A DNA stretch of 64,000 nucleotides from assembly GCA_965200965.1 (NCBI GenBank), contig OZ241744.1, positions 96,001 through 160,000 of the forward strand, given 5' to 3'. Of the stretch, positions 56,281 through 64,000 are shown piece after piece; within the stretch, counting starts at the first letter, position 1; each line of letters begins with the position of its first letter. Made by a program: the position numbers and the translations under genes. Below the pieces are notes generated by a model that did not search any database, had not been told where the DNA came from, and worked only from the letters and a program-made list of their open reading frames with translations. This stretch comes from an uncultured Candidatus Binatia bacterium. GTDB taxonomy: Bacteria > Desulfobacterota > Binatia > Bin18.

Positions 56281-57132
56281 GTGAAACCGCAGCCCCCCAA
56301 GCCGGGCGCGCTGTATGTGGTGGCCACGCCCATCGGCAACCTCGAAGACATCACCCTGCGCGCCCGGCGGATTCTTGAAGAGGTTGACCTGATTGCCGCG
56401 GAGGACACCCGCCAGACCCGTAAGCTGCTGACCCACTACGACATTGCCACCCCGCTGACCAGCTACTATGACCACATTGAACACACCAAAGCGCCGGCCC
56501 TGATCGCCAAGCTGCTGGCCGGCCAGTCCATCGCTCTGGTCAGCGACGCCGGCACGCCCGGCATTGCCGACCCCGGCTATCGCCTGGTGCGGGCCGCCAG
56601 CCAGACCGCCATCCCTGTGGTTCCAGTCCCCGGCCCGTCTATTCTGACCGCTCTGCTGAGCGTTGGCGGGCTGCCCACCGACCGCTGCGTCTTTGAAGGC
56701 TTCCTGCCGGCCAGACCGGCCCAGCGGCGCACAGCCTTGCGGCGTCTCCAGACCGAAACCCGCACCCTTGTGGCCTTTGAATCCCCCCACCGGCTGACTG
56801 CGACCCTGGCCGACCTGCACGACATTTTCGGCGACCGCGAGGCCGTCATTGGCCGTGAGCTGACCAAGCGCTTTGAAGAAGTGTTGCGCGGCCGGCTGAG
56901 CGTGTTGCACGCGTACCTGCGAGACCGACCTGTCAAGGGCGAGGTGGCGCTGCTCATCGCCGGCTGCTCCGAGCCCCAGACCCCGCCCGACGAGCAGACC
57001 CTCAGCCACGAAATCAACCGGCTGGCCGGCGATGGCCTGCCGCTCAAAGGCATCGCCAAGCTGCTGAGCGAGCAATACGGTCTCTCCAAGCGGGAGGTCT
57101 ACGCCCTGGGCTTGCGGCTGAAAAAAGAGTGA
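56281..57132 (+). CDS. rsmI: 16S rRNA (cytidine1402-2'-O)-methyltransferase
   Basis: LYVVATPIGNLEDIT.RA, AEDTR, VSDAGTPGIADPG, FESPHR, RELTK.FEE, KGE. Confidence 0.95.
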   Translation: MKPQPPKPGALYVVATPIGNLEDITLRARRILEEVDLIAAEDTRQTRKLLTHYDIATPLTSYYDHIEHTKAPALIAKLLAGQSIALVSDAGTPGIADPGYRLVRAASQTAIPVVPVPGPSILTALLSVGGLPTDRCVFEGFLPARPAQRRTALRRLQTETRTLVAFESPHRLTATLADLHDIFGDREAVIGRELTKRFEEVLRGRLSVLHAYLRDRPVKGEVALLIAGCSEPQTPPDEQTLSHEINRLAGDGLPLKGIAKLLSEQYGLSKREVYALGLRLKKE

Positions 57133-57149
57133 AGGCGGCTATTGTGAGC

Positions 57150-57375
57150 CTTCGGGCTTGTCAAGCTCGGCAAGGAGATGTTCCGCCTTGGCTATCGTGT
57201 CCTTCTCACCGGCCCTCGGGCCAAGGCAAGCGCCGTATGCAAATCCTGCCGAGCCTCGTTCACCCGATGCAATCAAGGGTTCGCATAGCCCCGGTTGTTG
57301 CAGGCTGCGGCGTAGTCCGGTTTGAGGCGGATTGCCTGGTTGTCAGCAAAAAGCGCTTCTTCAATCCTGTTGGTC
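57150..57375 (-). pseudogene. TPR-protein remnant with an internal stop
   Basis: EEALFADNQAIRLKPDYAAACNNRGYANP*LHRVNEARQDLHTALALAR. Confidence 0.55.
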
Positions 57376-57550
57376 TCCGGCCCCTTCTTTCCCTCCTGCC
57401 TGTCAGAGGTATCCAGCGGAAAACCAGGTGAGGACGGCAAGTTCGTTGTCGTTTCCTATATCCATATGTCCGCGGCAACCGGGCTGGGAGGTGTGTCTGT
57501 CATCAGCCGATTGTGGGGCGTCAGGCTGGGCGGTTCAAGGTCGGGCGTGT

Positions 57551-57579
57551 TTGACCCTGCGCCTGAAATCCACTATACC
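57551..57579 (+). promoter_or_regulatory. sigma70-like promoter of the alaC-hom-thrC operon
   Basis: TTGACC, 17 nt spacer, TATACC. Confidence 0.45.
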
Positions 57580-57662
57580 CGTACGGGACGCTGACGCGCG
57601 GCCCGGCGCGTGTTACCATTGTTCCGATTCAGAGGCTGCGCATAAAGGTGGGTTGAGCCCGG

Positions 57663-58889
57663 ATGGAATTTCCCCGCATTACACGACTGCCGCCGTACCT
57701 GTTCGCCACCCTCGACAAGATGAAAATGGAGGCGCGCTGGGCCGGCGAGGATATTATTGATTTCGGCATGGGCAATCCCGACCAGGCCTCCCCCCAGCAT
57801 GTGGTTGATAAACTGGTTGAGGCGGCCAAGAAACCCCAGAACCACCGCTACTCCAACTCGCGCGGCATCTATAAGCTGCGCTTGGCGATCTGTGACTGGT
57901 ACAAGCGCCGCTTCGGCTTTGAGTTGGACCCGGAGTCCGAGGCGGTGGTGACGATTGGCTCTAAAGAGGGGCTGTCGCACTTGGCGCTGACCGTCCTGGG
58001 GCCGGGAGAGGTCGCGATCTGTCCCAGTCCGACCTATCCCATCCACCAGTATTCGATTGTCATGGCCAACGCTGACCTGCGGGTCGTGCCGCTGATTCCC
58101 GGTGAAGACTTCTTTGTCGTGCTGGAGGAAACTGTGCGCCAGTGCTGGCCGCGCCCCAAGATGCTGTTGATCAACTTCCCCCATAATCCGACCACCACGG
58201 TGGTTGAGTTGGAGTTCTTTGAACGGATTGTAGACTTTGCCCGGGACAACAAGCTGTTTGTGGTTCACGATTTTGCCTATGCCGACCTGTTTTTTGACGG
58301 CTACAGCCCGCCGAGTTTTTTACAGGTGCCGGGCGCAATAGATATCGGGGTTGAGTTCTTTACTCTGTCCAAGTCCTACAATATGCCGGGCTGGCGGGTC
58401 GGCTTTGCCTGCGGCAATCCCGAGGCCCTGACCGCGCTCAGCCGCCTCAAGAGCTATTTCGACTACGGAATTTTCCAACCCATCCAGATCGCGGCTATTC
58501 ACGCCCTGAACGGTCCCCAGGGCTGTGTGGAGGAGATCCGCCAGCGCTATCTGCTGCGCCGCGATGTCCTGCTCGACGGCCTGGAACGGGTCGGTTGGCA
58601 TATCCCCAGACCCAAAGGCACGATGTTCGTCTGGGCCCCGCTCCCCGAGCCGTTGCGCGACATGGGCTCTCTGGACTTTGCCAAATTTTTACTAACCGAG
58701 GCCAAGGTGTCGGTCTCGCCGGGTATTGGTTTTGGGCCGTATGGGGATGACTTTGTCCGCTTTGCCCTGATTGAGAATGAGCATCGGACCCGCCAAGCCA
58801 TCCGGGGTATCCGCCGGGCCTTTGGCGGGGCGGACAGCCTTGGCGTCAGCGACGCGAGCCTGGAGGCAGTGTGGCAGCGGATGAGTTGA
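57663..58889 (+). CDS. alaC: class I/II PLP aminotransferase, AlaC-like
   Basis: [57 protein letters not shown]. Confidence 0.85.
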   Translation: MEFPRITRLPPYLFATLDKMKMEARWAGEDIIDFGMGNPDQASPQHVVDKLVEAAKKPQNHRYSNSRGIYKLRLAICDWYKRRFGFELDPESEAVVTIGSKEGLSHLALTVLGPGEVAICPSPTYPIHQYSIVMANADLRVVPLIPGEDFFVVLEETVRQCWPRPKMLLINFPHNPTTTVVELEFFERIVDFARDNKLFVVHDFAYADLFFDGYSPPSFLQVPGAIDIGVEFFTLSKSYNMPGWRVGFACGNPEALTALSRLKSYFDYGIFQPIQIAAIHALNGPQGCVEEIRQRYLLRRDVLLDGLERVGWHIPRPKGTMFVWAPLPEPLRDMGSLDFAKFLLTEAKVSVSPGIGFGPYGDDFVRFALIENEHRTRQAIRGIRRAFGGADSLGVSDASLEAVWQRMS

Positions 58890-60190
58890 GGCTGGGTCTC
58901 ATTGGCCTGGGCACGGTGGGCCGCGGCCTTGTACAACTGCTGGAGCAGAACGCCAAGGCGCTGGCCCGCAAACGGAACTGCCGGCTGCGGCTCGTTCATG
59001 TGGCCAGCCGCAGCATTCATACCAAACCCCATCCCGACCTGGGGAACGCCCGCCTGTCAACAGACCCCTGGGCGGTGGTCCACGATCCCGAAGTTGAGTT
59101 GTTGGTCGAGTTGATCGGCGGCACTGAGCCGGCCCGGTCCTTGCTCTTGGCCGCCATTGAGGGTGGCAAGGCGGTGGTGACCGCCAATAAGGCCTTGCTT
59201 GCGCTGCACGGTAACGAGATTTTTTCCGCGGCCGAAGAGCGGGGGGTGCCGCTCGGCTTTGAGGCCAGTGTGGCCGGCGGGATTCCTATTCTGCGCACCC
59301 TGCGCGAGAGTCTGGCGGCCGACCGCAACCACGCCCTGTTCGGGATTGTGAACGGGACCTGCAATTATATTCTGACTATGATGCGGGAGCAGGATGCCGA
59401 GTTTGAGACGGCTCTGCGCAGCGCCCAGGACAACGGTCTCGCCGAGGCCGACCCCAGCTTTGATATTGACGGCATTGATGCGGCCCAGAAGCTGACCCTG
59501 CTGGCCATGCTGGCTTTTGGCGTGCGGGTCCCCTTTGACGCGGTGTACACCGAGGGTATCCGCCAACTGAGCCAGACCGATATCCTGTTTGCCCGAGAGT
59601 TCGGCTATGAACTCAAGCTGTTGGCCATAGCCAAGCAGGAGGACGGGACGGTTGAGCTACGCGTCCATCCGACGATGGTACCCCAGCACAGTCTGCTGGC
59701 TGGGGTGGGCGGTGCCTATAACGCGATTTTCGTGCAGGGCCAAGCGCTCGGGTCGTCGCTGTATTTTGGCAGCGGAGCGGGCGGCCTGCCGACCGCGGCC
59801 GCGCTGGTGTCGGATATTCTGGACGCGACCCGGACCGCCGGCTTGGCCTCGGCCCGCCAACTTCCCGGCCTGGGCTATGCCTGGAAAGAGTTACGCAGCG
59901 TACCGATCCGCCCTATGGACGAGGTGGTGAGCGAGTATTATGTGCGTTTTCAGGTTGCCGACCAACCCGGGGTCTTAGCCGCCATTGCCGGCATTTTGGC
60001 TGAGCAGTCGATCAGTATCGCTTCCGTCATTCAGCGTGGGCGCGGCAATGGGGATGCGTCTGTCCCCCTGGTCATCCGCACCCATGCCGCGGGTGAGCGC
60101 AATCTCAAAGCCGCTCTGCGACAGGTGAATCAGCTCCCGGTTGTCCAGGGCCAGGCCGTGTGTGTCCGCATTGAAGAGAATCTAGGCTAG
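58871..60190 (+). CDS. hom: homoserine dehydrogenase
   Basis: [40 protein letters not shown]-terminal ACT. Confidence 0.95.
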   Translation: MAADELRLGLIGLGTVGRGLVQLLEQNAKALARKRNCRLRLVHVASRSIHTKPHPDLGNARLSTDPWAVVHDPEVELLVELIGGTEPARSLLLAAIEGGKAVVTANKALLALHGNEIFSAAEERGVPLGFEASVAGGIPILRTLRESLAADRNHALFGIVNGTCNYILTMMREQDAEFETALRSAQDNGLAEADPSFDIDGIDAAQKLTLLAMLAFGVRVPFDAVYTEGIRQLSQTDILFAREFGYELKLLAIAKQEDGTVELRVHPTMVPQHSLLAGVGGAYNAIFVQGQALGSSLYFGSGAGGLPTAAALVSDILDATRTAGLASARQLPGLGYAWKELRSVPIRPMDEVVSEYYVRFQVADQPGVLAAIAGILAEQSISIASVIQRGRGNGDASVPLVIRTHAAGERNLKAALRQVNQLPVVQGQAVCVRIEENLG

Positions 60191-60217
60191 AGCCTTGGAG
60201 ATAAGGAAGGACGTGTT

Positions 60218-61603
60218 ATGACTGAGGGCGCGTTGGCTGAACTTCCAGCTCCATCTCCGACACCTCCTGCGTTTCGGGCCTGGTTTGGGTGTGCGTCCGG
60301 CTGCCGCGGGCAGTGGCCGCTCAACCAGATTCTCTACTATTGTCCCAAGTGCGGCAGCTTGCTCGACGTCCAACACGATCTGGAGGCACTGAGAGCCCGT
60401 TCGGCCGAGGAGTGGAAGCGGCTGTTTGACGATCGCTACCGACGGACTACCTATCCGTATGGCAGCGGAGTGTGGGGCAAAAAGGAAATGGTGTGCCCGG
60501 CGGTAGATAACGACAACATCGTGTCCACCTACGAGGGCGGCTCCAACCTGTTCTGGGCCGAACGGCTGGGCCGTCAGATCGGGCTTGAAGACCTGTGGGT
60601 CAAGCAGTGTGGGACCGCCCACACCGGATCGTTCAAAGACTTGGGCATGACCGTCCTCGTCTCAATGGTCAAGCAGATGATTGCCGAGGGCACGCCTATT
60701 CCGGCGGTGGCATGCGCCTCGACCGGCGATACTTCGGCCGCCCTGGCCGCTTATTGTGCTGCGGCTGGCATTCCGGCCATCGTCATTTTGCCCCGCAACA
60801 AGGTCTCAACCGCGCAGCTGATTCAGCCCATGGCCAACGGTGCCCTGACCCTGTCCCTGGATACCGACTTTGACGGGTGTATGCGGGTCGTGCGCGAGCT
60901 GTGTACCAGAGAAAATATCTACTTGGCCAACTCCATGAATAGCCTGCGCCTGGAGGGCCAGAAGACCATTTCGCTGGAGATCGTCCAGCAGTTTGACTGG
61001 CAAGTGCCCGATGTGGTGATTGTGCCAGGCGGCAACCTGGGCAATATCACGGCTATTGGCCGCGGCTTTCTGCTGATGCGGGGGGTCGGCATGATTGATC
61101 GGCTGCCGCGTCTGGTGTGCGCCCAGGCGTCCAGGGCCAACCCACTGTACCGGAGTTATGTCCGGGGCTTTACGTCATATCGACCGGTACGGGCCAAAAA
61201 AACCCTGGCCTCGGCTATTCAGATCGGCGATCCGGTCAGCGTGCATAAGGCTATCGAGGTTCTGAAGGCGTTTGACAGTATTGTTGAGCAGGCGACTGAG
61301 GAAGAGCTGGCCGACGCTGCGGCTCTGTCCGACCGGACCGGCCTGTTCAACTGCCCCCACACCGGAGTTGGGCTGGCCGTCCTGCTCAAGCTGCTCAACC
61401 GAGGAGAGATCACCGCCCGTCAACGCGTCATTGTCATCTCCACCGCCCACGGCCTGAAGTTTACCGATTTCAAGCGGCGTTACCACGAGGGCAAGCTGCG
61501 GGGCGTGGCCTCGTGCTACGCCAACCGGCCGCTCGAACTGACGGCCGACTATGGTCAGGCCAGGGACGCGATTTTTCGCGCTCTGGAGGCGCGCCGGGCG
61601 TAA
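60218..61603 (+). CDS. thrC: threonine synthase
   Basis: [48 protein letters not shown]. Confidence 0.95.
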   Translation: MTEGALAELPAPSPTPPAFRAWFGCASGCRGQWPLNQILYYCPKCGSLLDVQHDLEALRARSAEEWKRLFDDRYRRTTYPYGSGVWGKKEMVCPAVDNDNIVSTYEGGSNLFWAERLGRQIGLEDLWVKQCGTAHTGSFKDLGMTVLVSMVKQMIAEGTPIPAVACASTGDTSAALAAYCAAAGIPAIVILPRNKVSTAQLIQPMANGALTLSLDTDFDGCMRVVRELCTRENIYLANSMNSLRLEGQKTISLEIVQQFDWQVPDVVIVPGGNLGNITAIGRGFLLMRGVGMIDRLPRLVCAQASRANPLYRSYVRGFTSYRPVRAKKTLASAIQIGDPVSVHKAIEVLKAFDSIVEQATEEELADAAALSDRTGLFNCPHTGVGLAVLLKLLNRGEITARQRVIVISTAHGLKFTDFKRRYHEGKLRGVASCYANRPLELTADYGQARDAIFRALEARRA

Positions 61604-61634
61604 ACCCGACTACTTCAAGACTCAGGGAGCTGGT

Positions 61635-62864
61635 ATGAAATACGTCGTGCTGCAAGGTGATGGAATGGCCGATTGGCCAGTGCCGGAGTTGGGCAATAAG
61701 ACGCCGCTCGAGTATGCCCACACCCCGCATATGGATCGGATTGCCTCGCGTGGCCGGCTGGGACTGACCCAGACGATTCCTGACGGCTATCCGCCCGGCA
61801 GCGATGTGGGCACCTTGAGCCTGCTCGGCTTTGATCCGCACCACTATCATACCGGTCGCTCGCCAATTGAGGCGGCCAGTATGGGGGTGGAGTTGGGACC
61901 GACCGATATTGCCTTTCGGTGCAACCTGGTGAGCTTTGCTACCCAGGCTAACGGCGGCGAAGTGATGCTTGATTTCACCGCCGGCCATATTTCGAGCGAC
62001 GAAGCGGCCGAGTTGATTGGTGTGCTGAATGCCGAACTCGGCGGAGCAGAGTTTCGCTTTTACCCCGGGGTGAGCTATCGGCACCTGCTGGTCTGGCATC
62101 AGGGCAAAGAACACATGAACACGACCCCGCCCCACGATATCACCGACAAGCCGCTCGCCGGTCATCTTCCCCGCGGTGAGGGGGCCGAGCGGCTGTGTAC
62201 CCTGATGGCGCACTCGCGCGAGATTTTTGCCGAGCATCCAGTCAACCGGCAGCGGCGAGAACAGGGCCACAATCCGGCCTCCGGCATTTGGCTGTGGGGA
62301 CAGGGCCGGCGGCCGGCGCTGCCCACCCTGCACGAACAGTTCGGACTCCACGGCGCGGTCATCTCGGCTGTTGATCTGGTCCGTGGCATCGGCGTGTTGG
62401 CCGGCCTGGAGGTGATTCTGGTGCCCGGCGCGACCGGTTTTCTGGACACCAACTATCTGGGCAAAGCCGAGTATGGTTTGGAGGCGCTTCAGCACACAGA
62501 CTTTCTGTTTTTGCATGTCGAGGCTACCGACGAGGCCGGTCACATGGGTGCGGCCGACAAGAAGGTGCAGGCGCTTGAAGATTTTGACCACAAGGTTGTT
62601 GGCACCATCTTGAAGGGGCTCGATAGCCTTGGCGAATGGCGTCTGTTGCTGATGCCCGATCACGCCACCCCGGTTGCACTCAAGACCCACTCTGACGACC
62701 CGGTGCCGTTTGCCGTGCTGTCGTCACACGATTGGCAAAACGCCACCCCACGGGCGCTGGCCTATAACGAGTCCAGCGCCAAGCAGACCGGACTCGTCGT
62801 GCCCGAAGCCTGGCGGATCATGCCCCAGTTCATTCAGGGCCGGGCCGTTGGCTCGGATTCGTGA
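61635..62864 (+). CDS. apgM: cofactor-independent phosphoglycerate mutase, ApgM family (proposed homoserine kinase subfamily)
   Basis: GDGMAD, TPLE.A.TP.MD, PGSDV, GRSPIEAA, HVEATDEAGH, PDHATP. Confidence 0.88.
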   Translation: MKYVVLQGDGMADWPVPELGNKTPLEYAHTPHMDRIASRGRLGLTQTIPDGYPPGSDVGTLSLLGFDPHHYHTGRSPIEAASMGVELGPTDIAFRCNLVSFATQANGGEVMLDFTAGHISSDEAAELIGVLNAELGGAEFRFYPGVSYRHLLVWHQGKEHMNTTPPHDITDKPLAGHLPRGEGAERLCTLMAHSREIFAEHPVNRQRREQGHNPASGIWLWGQGRRPALPTLHEQFGLHGAVISAVDLVRGIGVLAGLEVILVPGATGFLDTNYLGKAEYGLEALQHTDFLFLHVEATDEAGHMGAADKKVQALEDFDHKVVGTILKGLDSLGEWRLLLMPDHATPVALKTHSDDPVPFAVLSSHDWQNATPRALAYNESSAKQTGLVVPEAWRIMPQFIQGRAVGSDS

Positions 62865-62888
62865 GCTCAGGTTGGGAGCCACCCTGCT

Positions 62889-63848
62889 ATGGAACGCAAC
62901 CTCGCGCTCGAAATGGTCCGGGTCACCGAAGCCGCCGCCCTGGCGGCTGCCAGACTGATGGGCCGTGGGGACGAAGTTGAGGCTGATTATGCCGCGGCTC
63001 AAGCCATGCATAGTTTGTTTTCGGCCATTGCGTGTGACGGCCAGATTGTCATTGGCGAGGGCGAGGAGGAGGAGGCGATTCCGATGCTGTACATCGGCGA
63101 AAAACTGGGAAACGGAGCTGGACTGCCGATTGAGTTGGCGCTTGACGCCCTGGAGGGTGCGACCTCGTGCGCAAGCGGTTCGCCAGACGCCATTTCGGTG
63201 ATTGCGGCCGCTGAGCCGGGTGGCTTTCTGCGCTGTCCGCCCAACTGCCACATGGACAAAATTGCGGTTGGGCCGCCGGGCCGGGGCAAGATTGATCTGG
63301 ACAAGTCGGTTGAAGAAAATTTGACAGCCGTGGCCCGGGCCAAGGGTGTGCCTGTCCCTAACCTGACCGTGGTCGTGCTGGACCGGCCCCGCAACGAAGG
63401 GCTGATTAGTGAACTGCGCCGGCTCGGCAGCCGGGTCAAACTGATTAGCGACGGTGACCTGTCGGCCGCCTTGGCCACCACCCATGAAACGGCCGGGGTT
63501 GATTTGCTGATGGGAACTGGCGGGGCGGCCCAAGGCATTCTGGCCGCGGCCGCGCTGCGCTGTATTGGCGGAGCAATCCAGGGGCGTTTTCGGCCCCGCA
63601 ATCAAGACGAGGCCAAACATCTGCACGACATCAACATCTATGATTTTGGCAAGACGTATAGCACCGAAGAGCTGGCCGGGGGGAATGTCACGTTTGCCGC
63701 CACCGGAGTGACGACCGGCGACTATCTCAAAGGCGTGCGCTTCTACGGCGGCGGAGCGATGACCAACTCGGTCGTCCTGCGTTCTGAGACCCGGACCTTG
63801 CGGCTGTTGGAAACCTTTCACCATTTTGACGAACACCCGGAGTACTGA
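62889..63848 (+). CDS. glpX: class II fructose-1,6-bisphosphatase
   Basis: RVTEAAA, IGEGE..PMLYIGE, LDRPR, LISDGD, FAATGVT.G..L.GV. Confidence 0.9.
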   Translation: MERNLALEMVRVTEAAALAAARLMGRGDEVEADYAAAQAMHSLFSAIACDGQIVIGEGEEEEAIPMLYIGEKLGNGAGLPIELALDALEGATSCASGSPDAISVIAAAEPGGFLRCPPNCHMDKIAVGPPGRGKIDLDKSVEENLTAVARAKGVPVPNLTVVVLDRPRNEGLISELRRLGSRVKLISDGDLSAALATTHETAGVDLLMGTGGAAQGILAAAALRCIGGAIQGRFRPRNQDEAKHLHDINIYDFGKTYSTEELAGGNVTFAATGVTTGDYLKGVRFYGGGAMTNSVVLRSETRTLRLLETFHHFDEHPEY

Positions 63849-63849
63849 G

Positions 63850-64000
63850 ATGGCCTACGAGAATATTGTGTTTGAAAAAGACGGCGCAGTTGGCACTCTG
63901 ACCGTCAATCGGCCCAAAAGCCTGAACGCGCTCAACCCGGCCACCGTGCAGGAGATTGCGGCCTGCCTTGAACAGTTGCGTGGCGACGCTTCGGTCCGGT
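63850..64000 (+). CDS. enoyl-CoA hydratase/isomerase family, 3'-truncated by the window edge
   Basis: MAYENIVFEKDGAVGTLTVNRPKSLNALN. Confidence 0.8.
   Translation, partial: MAYENIVFEKDGAVGTLTVNRPKSLNALNPATVQEIAACLEQLRGDASVR

Overview
GC-rich bacterial chromosome segment, annotated by eye from motifs. The gene content is Deltaproteobacteria/Binatia-like and possibly host-associated; this placement is inference only. Housekeeping blocks: tlyA, tenA, a PyrR-type attenuator followed by pyrC-carA-carB-recG, tRNA-Ser and tRNA-Arg, spoT-gmk-yicC, an LPS-core cluster, pyrE, two acyl-CoA dehydrogenases, dao-murL-murD2, rsmI and alaC-hom-thrC-apgM-glpX. These flank a ~22-kb iron island (10.2-32.0 kb) carrying a TtpC-type TonB system, feoAB, IscA-like, IsdG-like, imelysin plus di-heme oxidoreductase, a degenerate bacterioferritin and a porin/FMN-binding/His-membrane/ApbE flavinylation operon, with five Fur-like boxes. 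The strongest novel signal is in this island. A Fur-boxed Mu Com-like zinc-ribbon gene (31759-31965) is followed by a 28-nt leader motif (GAGGCCAGCGGT-N5-ACCCAGAGCCC, minus strand). The motif recurs at 24/28 identity ~4.7 kb away and in weaker form behind two more Fur boxes. In three of the four copies its AGAGCC arm pairs into a terminator-like or RBS-occluding hairpin. This suggests an undescribed Fur -> zinc-ribbon RNA-binding protein -> antitermination/translation-activation cascade. Also notable: a shared LENP..SGW domain on three unrelated secreted proteins, paralogous CPxG microproteins, a tRNA-adjacent replicon remnant with tandem antisense-RNA-like units, and several single-base frameshifts that may be sequencing errors. 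No CRISPR array, integrase or transposase was seen.
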